From assembly GCA_017939155.1 (NCBI GenBank), contig JAGAZZ010000021.1:40204-104203 (forward strand): 64,000 nt of DNA, written 5' to 3'. A program made the position numbers and the translations under genes. The DNA comes from Alphaproteobacteria bacterium (lineage in GTDB: Bacteria > Pseudomonadota > Alphaproteobacteria > RF32 > CAG-239). This document shows, one piece after another, positions 42,250 through 52,119 of the stretch; position 1 is the first letter of the stretch; each line of letters starts with the position of its first letter. Below the pieces are notes generated by a model. That model worked only from the letters and a program-made list of their open reading frames with translations, did not search any database and was not told where the DNA came from.

Positions 42250-43666
42250 AAACAAAACCTTGGTCATAATAATGTTCGTCTAAAAAATCCTGATAAAACA
42301 AATTTTCTGTTTCATAGCAAGAGCCATACGAAAAAACAAAATCATCTTCCCGCAAGCAAACTCTTTGATTACTTTTAGCAATAATTTTCGGTTTTCTGAC
42401 CTTAATCACTTTTTCTTTATCCGGCCATTCCCGACGATGAAACAGGCGGTAATTTAAAAGCGCCGCATATCCTCTCTCAAACCAATAATACCCCATAGCC
42501 TCAAAGCGTAATCCGCCCAACGTATCGTTATTACCGATAATAAATTCATCTTCATCAACAATTTCTAAGATTTGCGATGACAACAACACAACGTGTTTCA
42601 TTGGCATAAAAGAACGAATGACCGGAGCCTTATTAACCCAAAAAAAAGATAGCCACCCCAACCATGCGCTTAAAATAACAAAGCGGACAATTATATTTTG
42701 CCATTTCAGTGCCCAAAAAGCACAAATAATCGCAAAATAAGGATAAATAGGTAGCCAATATTGAAGCCACGGCGTATAAAAAACAATCTGTAACAAAAAA
42801 TACGTCGCCAAGCATAAAACCGCCAACACCTTAAACAAAACATCCCGGCAAAAAAACAATATTCCGACAGCGCCAATAACACCACACCAACAATAAGGCG
42901 TATTATATATGTCAACAGAAAAGTCAAACCGCTGCATTAAATTAAACAGAAAATTTTGCTCAAAATAAACTTTTAACGCTCCCTCACAATACCAAAACCA
43001 AACAAAGCATATCGTAAAAAAGACAGGCAAAATAAACGCCTTACCGACGGCTTGCCAAGACACTTTACCTTGGCTCACAAAAAACAAGCTAACCCCCGCC
43101 ACCGGTAAAATAAGCACAATCGCTTTTTGCAATGCCAAAAAGCTCAAAAAAAACATCAAAAAGGACAAATTAAGCGCCGCTTGCCATCCATACTTAATAA
43201 AACAAAGCCAATAATAAATGCCCGCCACGCCAAACATCAACATCAAGTTATCCGGACGAAACTCGCTCCCGCTATGTAGCACACATTCCGAACATAAAAA
43301 AAGCAAAACCGCTACCCACGGAAATAACTTATCAGAAGAACATAAGCGGCAAATTTTACTGATAAAAACGCAGTCTACCGCCAATACCAAAAGCATAACC
43401 GCTCTTAACACATACCAAATATACCCGCTGTTATGAAAAAACCAAACAATAGGATAAGATAAAAACCACAACAACGGATGATGATGTTCAAAAAAATCCC
43501 GATATGGCAAAAAACCTCTAAAAAACATAAAAGAAGCATAAGTATGCTCTCTTTCATCACAAGTAACCCCGCGGTAAAAAGCAAAACAATATAATAAAAA
43601 AAGGCTTCCCCCTGCCAATAAAACCAACTCAAATATATATGCCAGCCGTATTTTTCTTAATAACAC
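42233..43666 (-). CDS. ArnT/PMT-like (GT-C) membrane glycosyltransferase
   Basis: CDEREH..PYRDFFEHHHPL, EFRPD; probable GTG start at 43666 after GGAG. Confidence 0.7.
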   Translation of the reverse strand: MLLRKIRLAYIFELVLLAGGSLFLLYCFAFYRGVTCDEREHTYASFMFFRGFLPYRDFFEHHHPLLWFLSYPIVWFFHNSGYIWYVLRAVMLLVLAVDCVFISKICRLCSSDKLFPWVAVLLFLCSECVLHSGSEFRPDNLMLMFGVAGIYYWLCFIKYGWQAALNLSFLMFFLSFLALQKAIVLILPVAGVSLFFVSQGKVSWQAVGKAFILPVFFTICFVWFWYCEGALKVYFEQNFLFNLMQRFDFSVDIYNTPYCWCGVIGAVGILFFCRDVLFKVLAVLCLATYFLLQIVFYTPWLQYWLPIYPYFAIICAFWALKWQNIIVRFVILSAWLGWLSFFWVNKAPVIRSFMPMKHVVLLSSQILEIVDEDEFIIGNNDTLGGLRFEAMGYYWFERGYAALLNYRLFHRREWPDKEKVIKVRKPKIIAKSNQRVCLREDDFVFSYGSCYETENLFYQDFLDEHYYDQGFVYVRKN

Positions 43667-43681
43667 ACTTAGTCTCCGAAC

Positions 43682-43794
43682 TGCTGAAAAAAAACGTTCC
43701 TTTTTTTTCAGCAACAGGCTCTTTGAAAAAAATGTGCAAAAACAATAAGAAAAACTAGCGCAAAATTTAAAAAAATTGCATAAAAAAAAGGAAC
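43682..43794. repeat. 113-bp direct repeat (copy 1) upstream of a GT-C gene
   Basis: Identical by eye to 45499-45611; contains the tgctgA8-cgttcc-T8cagca hairpin. Confidence 0.9.
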
Positions 43795-43804
43795 CTTTAA
43801 ATTA

Positions 43805-44035
43805 CACAACACACAAAAATATAAAAAATCCCCTTTCTCTGCGAAACCCTCAAATAAACTGCCAATAACACAGACAACGCAACTAACCCACCAACAACAG
43901 TCAACACCGGCAAAATCTGTCCACCGAATAAAACTACAGAAAACAAATGCTGGCTGTATCTTGCTTCAAAAAAACATCCGCAATTTTTAATATATCCCCA
44001 ATTATGATTACCCCACTAAAACTAAGCAATCATAC
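43805..44035 (-). pseudogene. 5' fragment of a GtrII-like gene
   Basis: aaatgctggctgtatcttgcttcaaaaaaa and caacaccggcaaaa match the 5' part of 40627..42249; truncated and frameshifted. Confidence 0.75.
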
Positions 44036-44047
44036 AAATTAAATTGT

Positions 44048-45487
44048 TTAACTTTTCCGAACATAAACAAAACCCCGGTCATAATAATTTTCATCTAAAA
44101 AATCTTGATAATACAGTCCTTCTGTATAATAGCAAGAATCAAAAGAGAAAGCAAAATCATCTTCCCGCAAACAAACTCTTTGACTACCTTTAACAATAAC
44201 TTTTGGCTTTATAAGCTTAATCACTTTTTCTTTATCCGGCCATTTCCGCCGATGAAACCGCCGGTAATCCAACAGCGCCGTATACCCCCTCTCAAACCAA
44301 TAATACCCCATCGCCTCAAACCTCAGACCGCCGAGCGTAACATTGTTACCGATAATCAACTCATCCTCATCAACCTCTCCCAAAACTTGCGAAGAGAAAA
44401 AAACATTATGCGCCAACGGCACAAACGAAGCCCGCAAAGCCAACATATTATTAAAAAAGAAAACATACCCGCCCAACACACAGCTCAAAATAATAAACCG
44501 CCCCAGCACATTTTTCAGCTTTACAATCCAATAAGCGCAAATAAGCGCAAAATACGGATAAACCGGCAACCAATATTGAATCCACGGCGTATAAAAAACA
44601 ATCTGCAGCAAAAAAAACGTCGCCAAACATAAAACTGCCAACACCTTAAGCAGAACATCCCTAACAAAAAACAAAATCCCGACAGCGCCACCAACACCAA
44701 ACCAACAATAAAGCGTACCATATATCTCAAAAGAAAATTCAAACCGCTGCATTAAATTAAGAACAAAATTAAGCTCGAAATAGTCCCTCAAAGCCCCCGC
44801 ATAATACCAAAACCCGACAAAGCATATCGTAAAAAAGGCAGGAAAAATCAACGCCTTACCGACAGCTCGCCAAGGCATTTTACCTCGACACGCCAAAAAC
44901 AAGCTAACTCCCGCCACCGGTAAAATAATTATAACCGCTTTTTGCAAAGCCAAAAAGCTCAAAAAAAACATTAAAAAAGACAAATTAAGCGCGGACTGCC
45001 ACCGATATTTCACAAAACACAGCCAATAGTAAACCCCCGCCAAGCCAAACAACATCATCAAATTATCCGGACGAAATTCAACACCGCTACTCAACACGCA
45101 CTCAGAAGATAAAAAAAACAACACCGCCAATAACGAAAATAATCTATCTAAAGAAAATAACCGGCAGATTTTAACCACAAAAAAACACTCTGCCCCCAAA
45201 ACCACAAGCATAAAAGCTCTTAAAACATACCAAATATACCCGCTGTTATGAAAAAAATAAAGCAACGGATAACTCAAAAACCATAACAAAGGATGATGAT
45301 GTTCAAAAAAATCTTTATACGGCAAAAAACCACGATAAAACATAAAAGAAGCATAAGTATGCTCTCTTTCATCACAAGAAACCCCGCGATAAAAAGCAAA
45401 ATAGCATAATAAAAAGATAACCATCGCGGAAAATACAGCAATTTCAACCTTATATGCCAACTCAATTTTTTTTAAATATCCGTTCAT
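44048..45487 (-). CDS. ArnT/PMT-like (GT-C) membrane glycosyltransferase, paralog
   Basis: Highly similar to 42233..43666 over its full length; probable ATG at 45487. Confidence 0.7.
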   Translation of the reverse strand: MNGYLKKIELAYKVEIAVFSAMVIFLLCYFAFYRGVSCDEREHTYASFMFYRGFLPYKDFFEHHHPLLWFLSYPLLYFFHNSGYIWYVLRAFMLVVLGAECFFVVKICRLFSLDRLFSLLAVLFFLSSECVLSSGVEFRPDNLMMLFGLAGVYYWLCFVKYRWQSALNLSFLMFFLSFLALQKAVIIILPVAGVSLFLACRGKMPWRAVGKALIFPAFFTICFVGFWYYAGALRDYFELNFVLNLMQRFEFSFEIYGTLYCWFGVGGAVGILFFVRDVLLKVLAVLCLATFFLLQIVFYTPWIQYWLPVYPYFALICAYWIVKLKNVLGRFIILSCVLGGYVFFFNNMLALRASFVPLAHNVFFSSQVLGEVDEDELIIGNNVTLGGLRFEAMGYYWFERGYTALLDYRRFHRRKWPDKEKVIKLIKPKVIVKGSQRVCLREDDFAFSFDSCYYTEGLYYQDFLDENYYDRGFVYVRKS

Positions 45488-45498
45488 CCTGCCCCAAG

Positions 45499-45611
45499 TG
45501 CTGAAAAAAAACGTTCCTTTTTTTTCAGCAACAGGCTCTTTGAAAAAAATGTGCAAAAACAATAAGAAAAACTAGCGCAAAATTTAAAAAAATTGCATAA
45601 AAAAAAGGAAC
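45499..45611. repeat. 113-bp direct repeat (copy 2)
   Basis: Identical by eye to 43682-43794. Confidence 0.9.
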
Positions 45612-45633
45612 GTTTAAATGCCGCAATGCACAC

Positions 45634-45663
45634 AAAAAAACCGCTGAAAACAGCGGTTTTTTT
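45634..45663. terminator. Intrinsic terminator after the OmpA-family gene
   Basis: aaaaaaaccgctg-aaaa-cagcggttttttt. Confidence 0.85.
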
Positions 45664-45679
45664 AACTAATCAGACAACC

Positions 45680-46321
45680 TTACTGCCTGTTAATCAGCAC
45701 AATTTCAACTCTGCGATTCTGTTCTCTACCTGCCGCTGTCGCGTTAGAGGCAATCGGATTAGAAGAACCATAACCGTTAGAAACGATTCTGTTCCCGTCA
45801 ACCCCTTGCAATCTCAAATAATTTGAAATTGAGTTTGCACGCATCATAGATAAAGAGTTATTTGTTGCAGCACTTCCCGTACTATCCGTATAGCCATTAA
45901 CCTGAACCATTGTTTTGTTATATTCTTTAATCACTTTGGCAATAGAGTTTAACACTGGTTGAAATCCCGGTTTGATATTAGCGTCATTGCTGTCAAATGT
46001 AATATTTCCCGGCATAATCAAATAAATCTGCCCGTTTGCTTCCTGAACCTGAACACCGGTATTCAACAATTCCTGCCGCAACTTGCGCGCTTGAATATCC
46101 ATATAAGCCCCTGTTCCGGCACCGGCTGCCGCACCGATACCTGCACCAATCAATGCCCCTTTCTTACCACCGGCCAAAGCCCCGATACCGGCACCCGCCG
46201 CGGCACCAATTCCTGTTCCCCAAGCGGTTTTGGAAACTTTGCTTTCTCCCGTATATGGGTCGGTAGCACACGCACTCAACAAAGAAACAGCTAATAAACT
46301 GCAAATAAAAGATTTTTTCAT
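45680..46321 (-). CDS. OmpA-family lipoprotein (YiaD-like)
   Basis: Lipobox LSAC, glycine zipper, GYTDSTGS, NRRVEI. Confidence 0.93.
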   Translation of the reverse strand: MKKSFICSLLAVSLLSACATDPYTGESKVSKTAWGTGIGAAAGAGIGALAGGKKGALIGAGIGAAAGAGTGAYMDIQARKLRQELLNTGVQVQEANGQIYLIMPGNITFDSNDANIKPGFQPVLNSIAKVIKEYNKTMVQVNGYTDSTGSAATNNSLSMMRANSISNYLRLQGVDGNRIVSNGYGSSNPIASNATAAGREQNRRVEIVLINRQ

Positions 46322-46385
46322 CAATTTACCCTTCAAAAAGTTAAACCATTCGCTTATTTTATAAAGAAAACTGCTTAAAATAGTT

Positions 46386-47048
46386 TTAATGTTTGACAAG
46401 CTTTTTCATCACATAGCGAATTATTAAGAGTAAATATAGCGCCCCCAATCCCCAGATAAGCCAGGTTTTAAGCTCTCTGTCGCTGATTGCCCGTGTAATT
46501 TTATTAACATTCAAAGCGCTCCCCGCCACCTTAATTTCATCAGTCGGATTTTCATGCAAAATATTAACTACATACTGATAATCAGGATTCAAAAAATCAA
46601 AATTTAATACCAAATCTTCACCGTAAGGCACAACCTTTGCCGAAATAGCACTGGTCGTTTCATCATTATCAAGGTTAAAATGTTGCATTTTCGCATCTTC
46701 GGGAATTTCTATCCGGATAGGGTCATGTCCGATATGCGATACATCCGCCCCCGAAAGCGCCTGTTCCCCTTGGTTATACAAATACACCTTAGTCATATAC
46801 AAATCTTTATACTTTTTCCCGTGCACATCCACCGCATATTCATTATTGTTGCTAGAAGAAATAAGTTTAACCATATTTGTTTCATACCGCAAAATCGGTC
46901 GGCTGATATAAAATTGATAATATCCCAACGCAATCGCCGACACCGCCAAAATAAACGCTCCCGTCGGGCTTGTCCAAAACGCCCAAAAATCCTTTATGGA
47001 ACGGCTCAAAAAACTCGGCTCTTTCTTTTCCTCAACAATATCAAACAT
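46386..47048 (-). CDS. Hypothetical membrane protein
   Basis: TM segments at both ends; AGGAGG SD. Confidence 0.75.
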   Translation of the reverse strand: MFDIVEEKKEPSFLSRSIKDFWAFWTSPTGAFILAVSAIALGYYQFYISRPILRYETNMVKLISSSNNNEYAVDVHGKKYKDLYMTKVYLYNQGEQALSGADVSHIGHDPIRIEIPEDAKMQHFNLDNDETTSAISAKVVPYGEDLVLNFDFLNPDYQYVVNILHENPTDEIKVAGSALNVNKITRAISDRELKTWLIWGLGALYLLLIIRYVMKKLVKH

Positions 47049-47196
47049 TTTACCTCCTAAACACCCGCTAAATATAACCTCTCTTAACCAACTTTAAACC
47101 CACCCAAACCTCCAAAATAAATATTGATTTTAAAACAAAATCCAGTATCATAAACAAAGAAAAATAATTACTTAAATATTACTTAAATAAAAACTT

Positions 47197-47697
47197 ATGG
47201 AAACAACAATCAATTCTCCTGCCAAAACTTTTTGTTTTGCCCGGGTACAATTAAGGCAAACATACGCTCCTCTTAAGCTGGAGTGTATTGCCAAAGCGCC
47301 TTCTGATGGACGTAGAAAAAAAGTTATCGGTGAAAACTACGATGGTCAAAAAAAATTCATCCCAAATCAAAAGTATTCCCTGTACTGTTTATACGGGCGG
47401 GACATCTTTGAAGAGTATCATCTGTTTTGTAATGACACTCCGGATGCAGATTGTTTTAAAATCGTCAATGGCGGTTTCGACTTCGTTTTTAATGCTGACG
47501 AATTTTTTCAATTACTCAAAAATGCCAGCTGGCAAAATTGGAAGAATTTTACGCAAAACACCGTTTTAACAAACAAAGACGAACTCATCAAGTTCAGCGC
47601 TTTAGTGCAAAACGACACCGAACTGACGCACAAACAACGCAACCGGGCAACAGCTTTTATTCAAAAGTTGCAAGACACCCCGTTGTACCATCTATGA
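47197..47697 (+). CDS. Hypothetical protein
   Basis: 166-aa ORF with a TTGATT..TATCAT promoter-like sequence and a downstream terminator. Confidence 0.7.
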   Translation: METTINSPAKTFCFARVQLRQTYAPLKLECIAKAPSDGRRKKVIGENYDGQKKFIPNQKYSLYCLYGRDIFEEYHLFCNDTPDADCFKIVNGGFDFVFNADEFFQLLKNASWQNWKNFTQNTVLTNKDELIKFSALVQNDTELTHKQRNRATAFIQKLQDTPLYHL

Positions 47698-47732
47698 AAA
47701 ACGCCCGATTTCTCGGGCGCTTTTTTTATAAA

Positions 47733-49547
47733 CTACATAGCCTCATTTTTCGAACGCTTACGCAAAATCGGGTCTAATATCTTTTTGCGCAAACGAAGTG
47801 ACTTCGGCGTAACTTCCAACAATTCATCTTGTTGAATATAAGACAAAGCCTGTTCAAGCGACAATTTCCGCGGCGGAATCAAATCAATCGCCTCATCTTT
47901 ACCTGCCGCACGGATATTTGTTAATTGCTTAGATTTTGTCGGGTTAACTTCCAAATCGTTAGATTTGGTATGTTCGCCGATAATCATTCCCACATAAACC
48001 GGACTGTTATGTTCAATAAACATCGGACCGCGGTCTTGTAGTTTCCACAACGAATAAGCAATCGCCGTTCCGGCTTCGCTGGAAATCAGCACACCGTTAC
48101 GATGGCTCTCAATCTCACCTTTATAAGGCTCATACCCGTAAAATACACGGTTCATAATACCGGTTCCGCGCGTATCGGTCAAAAAGTCTGAGTGATAACC
48201 AATCAATCCTCTTGCCGGCGCATGGAAAATCAAACGAGTTTTATTGCCGATTTGCGACGGAATCATCTCTAAAAGTTCAGCTTTGCGTTGGCTTAATTTC
48301 TCAACCACCGTTCCTGAAAACTCATCATCAACATCCACCACAACCTCTTCAATCGGCTCAAGCATATTGCCGTTTTCGTCTTTGTGCAATAACACACGCG
48401 GACGGGAAATCGAAAGCTCAAACCCTTCGCGGCGCATCGTTTCAATCAAAACACCGAGTTGTAATTCGCCGCGTCCCGCCACTTCAAACGATTCAGCAGT
48501 TTCCGAACGAGAAATTTTCAAAGCAATATTGCACTCAGCTTCTTTTTGCAATCTGTCCCAAATCATACGGGAAGTAACTTTATCCCCTTCACGACCGGCC
48601 AAAGGCGAGTCATTAACAGAAAACGTCATCGACAATGTCGGCGGGTCAATCGGCTGAGCCTCTATTGCCTCGGTCACATCCATAGCGCAAATCGTATCCG
48701 CCACCGTTCCTTTAACCACACCGGCAACAGCCACAATATCACCGGCTTTGGCTTCATTCAAAGCCACGCGTTCAAGCCCCTTGTATGCCATAATCTTGGT
48801 AATGCGGGTACGCTCAATCTCGCCATCTTTATTGATAACTTTAACCGCGTCATTAACTTTCAACGTCCCGCTGTGAATCTTACCGGTCAAAATACGACCA
48901 ACAAATTTATCTGCTTCCAACGTTGTTGCCAACATTGAAAAAGGCTTATCTTTTTCGCAAACAGGCTCCGGAACGTATGACAAAATCAACTCAAACAACG
49001 GGCGTAAATCTTTTTTCTCATCGCTTAATTCTTTAACCGCCCAGCCGTTACGCCCCGAAGCATACAAAACCGGAAAGTCAAGCTGTTCATCGTTCGCGTC
49101 AAGGCTGACAAACAAATCAAAAATCTCATCCAACACTTCATCCGGTCTGGCATCCGGCTTATCCGCCTTATTGATAACAACAATCGGTTTTAACCCGATT
49201 TTCAAAGCCTTACCCAACACAAACTTTGTTTGCGGCATCGGTCCCTCAGAAGAATCAACCAACAAAACCACACCATCAACCATAGAAAGAATACGCTCAA
49301 CCTCACCGCCGAAATCCGCGTGTCCGGGAGTATCCACAATATTGATATTCGTCCCGTTCCACTCAACCGACGTACATTTTGAAAGGATAGTAATACCGCG
49401 CTCACGTTCCAAATCATTGCTGTCCATCACGCAGGTTTCAACCTTTTGATTATCCCTAAATGTTCCGCTTTGGCGCAAAAGACCGTCTACCAATGTTGTT
49501 TTGCCGTGGTCAACGTGGGCAATAATGGCAATATTTCTGATACTCAT
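47733..49547 (-). CDS. typA: Translational GTPase TypA/BipA
   Basis: [42 protein letters not shown]. Confidence 0.98.
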   Translation of the reverse strand: MSIRNIAIIAHVDHGKTTLVDGLLRQSGTFRDNQKVETCVMDSNDLERERGITILSKCTSVEWNGTNINIVDTPGHADFGGEVERILSMVDGVVLLVDSSEGPMPQTKFVLGKALKIGLKPIVVINKADKPDARPDEVLDEIFDLFVSLDANDEQLDFPVLYASGRNGWAVKELSDEKKDLRPLFELILSYVPEPVCEKDKPFSMLATTLEADKFVGRILTGKIHSGTLKVNDAVKVINKDGEIERTRITKIMAYKGLERVALNEAKAGDIVAVAGVVKGTVADTICAMDVTEAIEAQPIDPPTLSMTFSVNDSPLAGREGDKVTSRMIWDRLQKEAECNIALKISRSETAESFEVAGRGELQLGVLIETMRREGFELSISRPRVLLHKDENGNMLEPIEEVVVDVDDEFSGTVVEKLSQRKAELLEMIPSQIGNKTRLIFHAPARGLIGYHSDFLTDTRGTGIMNRVFYGYEPYKGEIESHRNGVLISSEAGTAIAYSLWKLQDRGPMFIEHNSPVYVGMIIGEHTKSNDLEVNPTKSKQLTNIRAAGKDEAIDLIPPRKLSLEQALSYIQQDELLEVTPKSLRLRKKILDPILRKRSKNEAM

Positions 49548-49658
49548 TTTCTGTTTGTTCCTTAAAAAATGCCTTTTAAGCTCTCTAAAAGGCATAACCT
49601 GACATTAAAATTTACCCTTTTATAGCAAAAAAATTTTAAATAGCAAGCATTTATGACA

Positions 49659-50177
49659 TCACAATTTAAATATAATTCCCAAAACCGCCGCCAAAATAAT
49701 ATAAAATATCGGGCTTTTTTTATAAAAATAAACCAACGCAAAAAACGCCGCCGCAAAAGCTCCCGCATAGTAATCTTTCACCGACAGCTTAAAAAGCTCA
49801 AACCCTGCTTGCAAAATCAACGCCGCCACCGCTGGTCTGATAGCCGCCATCACCTCACCTAACAATCTGTTTTCCGCACAACACCTCAAAAGTTTTGATA
49901 CCATAATCACAATAATCACCGACGGAACAACGAGCCCGAACGTTGCCATAATTCCCCCACCGACACCAGCCGCCTGAAAACCGGCGTATGTTGCCATATT
50001 AACCCCGACCGGTCCCGGAGTAGATTGTGATACCGCAATCATATCTGTCAGTTCTTCAGCACTAAACCAATCAAACTTTTTGGTTAAATCAAACAAAAAC
50101 GGAATCGTCACCATTCCGCCGCCAATGGCAAACAGTCCAATCTTAAAAAACTCATAAAATAATATTGCGTATATCAT
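49659..50177 (-). CDS. Chromate transporter (short-chain CHR) subunit
   Basis: FFKIGLFAIGGG, SQSTPGPVGVN. Confidence 0.9.
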   Translation of the reverse strand: MIYAILFYEFFKIGLFAIGGGMVTIPFLFDLTKKFDWFSAEELTDMIAVSQSTPGPVGVNMATYAGFQAAGVGGGIMATFGLVVPSVIIVIMVSKLLRCCAENRLLGEVMAAIRPAVAALILQAGFELFKLSVKDYYAGAFAAAFFALVYFYKKSPIFYIILAAVLGIIFKL

Positions 50178-50707
50178 TTCAACCTCATAAACCGTACCAC
50201 ACCGACACCGGCCGCCATCATCACAGCCATAATCGCCGAAACATTGCCTAACAGCAGTACCGCCAGAATAATCGCAAAAATTCCCAACTGTAGACGCGAT
50301 GTCACTGCTTTTTTAAATAAATGTATCACTTCGTTCAAAATAAGCGCAATCACACCAATCCGAATACCTGCAAACGCGTGCGACACAATCTGATTATCAG
50401 ATAACACCTGCAAAATCCCCGCCAACGCCATAATAATCACCAAAGACGGCAACACAATCGCCAATGTTGCAACCGCCGCTCCGCTAACACCTTTAATCTT
50501 ATATCCCGTAAACGTCGCCACATTAACGGCAATCACCCCCGGCGTGCATTGTCCGATAGAGTAATAATCAATCAGTTCGTTTTCCGTGATATATTTGTGT
50601 TTATCAATCAGCTCTTGTCGAAACAACGGCATCATAGCATACCCCCCGCCAAACGTAAACAAGCCGATTTTAAAAAACGATACAAAAATTTTCCGATATT
50701 CTGACAT
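50174..50707 (-). CDS. Chromate transporter (short-chain CHR) subunit
   Basis: FFKIGLFTFGGGY, QCTPGVIAVN. Confidence 0.9.
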   Translation of the reverse strand: MSEYRKIFVSFFKIGLFTFGGGYAMMPLFRQELIDKHKYITENELIDYYSIGQCTPGVIAVNVATFTGYKIKGVSGAAVATLAIVLPSLVIIMALAGILQVLSDNQIVSHAFAGIRIGVIALILNEVIHLFKKAVTSRLQLGIFAIILAVLLLGNVSAIMAVMMAAGVGVVRFMRLK

Positions 50708-50776
50708 TGATATTCTTCTTTTGCTGTTTATATCTCAGGTATCATATAAATATAAAACTTAAAAAAAGGTTTTTTT

Positions 50777-51826
50777 ATGCTCATAGGCTCAATAAAAGAA
50801 CAAGATAGCGCCGAAACGCGCGTATCATTAACGCCCGACGTCGTAAAACAGCTCATAACAGACGGACATTCTGTTATGCTGGAAAAAGAATACGGCTTAA
50901 AAGCAGGCTTTGCAGACAAAGATTATCTGAACGCTAAAGCAAGTTTAATAGAAAATCCTGACATTATTTATAAAAAATCACAAATTATCCTGCAAATTCT
51001 CCCGCCTTCACAACAAAAAATCGAACTCTTAACCAACAAACAAACCCTAATCGCTGATTTTCGCAATTTCATTTTTACCTACATTCCCAAAGACTTAAAC
51101 ATCATCCGTCTCGAACTTGTCCCGCGCACGTCCATCGCTCAAAGTATAGACATATTAAGCGCTCAAAACACGATTCGCGGCTATATGGGCGCCCTATACG
51201 CTCTCTACCACTCCCCGCGTATTGCCCCGCAGTTAATGACTGCCGCCGCTTCCATAAAAGCCGCCACTGCTCTCATCATCGGCACCAGTGTCACCGGTCT
51301 GCAAGCCGCAACTGTTTTCAAACGCCAAGGCTGTCGCGTCACAATTGTTGATATTAATGAAAAAAGCAAAGAGCTGGCTCAATCCGTCGGCGCAGATTTT
51401 GCTATGGCCGATAATAAAGAAGAATTAACCAAACTTCTAACCGATAAAAATTTTATTCTTTCCGCCGCCGCCACACCAAACGGCAATTCCCCCCAAGTCA
51501 TTACCACAGAGCAGCTTGATGTCTTGGCAAACGGGGCTATCGTCATTGATACGACCACTCAAAATATCGGCATTAAAGACAATTTTGCCAGCAATCCGCA
51601 TTATCATTTTCATCGTAATCTGTATTTTGAACGGTTAGCGCCTGACACGGCTTCTGTTCTTTGGGCAAATAATATGTATAATCTTATCTCATTAATCACC
51701 AAAGAAAACAACCAAATAGACTTAAGCCTAAACTACATTGCCCCAATGGTTTACACGCCGCGCCCGTCGCAATTTCCTCACCCGCCGGCTCCATTTTACG
51801 AACATCCGAATAACCTGCGCCAATAA
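50777..51826 (+). CDS. pntA: NAD(P) transhydrogenase alpha subunit part 1 (divergent)
   Basis: ETRVSLTP, LELVPRTSIAQSIDILS, MTAAASIK. Confidence 0.85.
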   Translation: MLIGSIKEQDSAETRVSLTPDVVKQLITDGHSVMLEKEYGLKAGFADKDYLNAKASLIENPDIIYKKSQIILQILPPSQQKIELLTNKQTLIADFRNFIFTYIPKDLNIIRLELVPRTSIAQSIDILSAQNTIRGYMGALYALYHSPRIAPQLMTAAASIKAATALIIGTSVTGLQAATVFKRQGCRVTIVDINEKSKELAQSVGADFAMADNKEELTKLLTDKNFILSAAATPNGNSPQVITTEQLDVLANGAIVIDTTTQNIGIKDNFASNPHYHFHRNLYFERLAPDTASVLWANNMYNLISLITKENNQIDLSLNYIAPMVYTPRPSQFPHPPAPFYEHPNNLRQ

Positions 51827-51837
51827 AGGAGTTACCT

Positions 51838-52119
51838 ATGTGTTTATTAGATATTTTCATACTTTCTTGTTTTATCGGCTATTTTGCTATATGGAGCGTC
51901 ACGCCGGTTCTGCACTCGCCTTTAATGAGTGTCACCAACGCCATCTCAGGCATTGTCATCATAGGCGCCTTTCAAGCCCTAAACAATATTCACGCACAAA
52001 ACGAAGCCTATTTATTATACGCCGCCATTTTCTTTGCCTCTGTCAATATCTTCGGCGGCTTTTATGTTTCCGCCCGTATGCTTAATATGTTCAAACCGAA
52101 AGACAAACAAGATGATTAA
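51838..52119 (+). CDS. NAD(P) transhydrogenase alpha subunit part 2
   Basis: VTPVLHSPLMSVTNAISG, NIFGGF.VS.RML.MF. Confidence 0.92.
   Translation: MCLLDIFILSCFIGYFAIWSVTPVLHSPLMSVTNAISGIVIIGAFQALNNIHAQNEAYLLYAAIFFASVNIFGGFYVSARMLNMFKPKDKQDD

Noticed and set aside
43667-43714. ORF-track N-terminal extensions of the two GT-C genes through poly-A/T tracts as frameshift phase variation
   Set aside because: Better starts with SD-like sequences lie downstream (43666, 45487), and the two extensions use different frames of identical DNA, so the tracts are probably untranslated.
44105-44632. 175-aa plus-strand ORF
   Set aside because: Antisense to the GT-C gene; K/N/Q-rich composition is an artefact of the T-rich sense strand.
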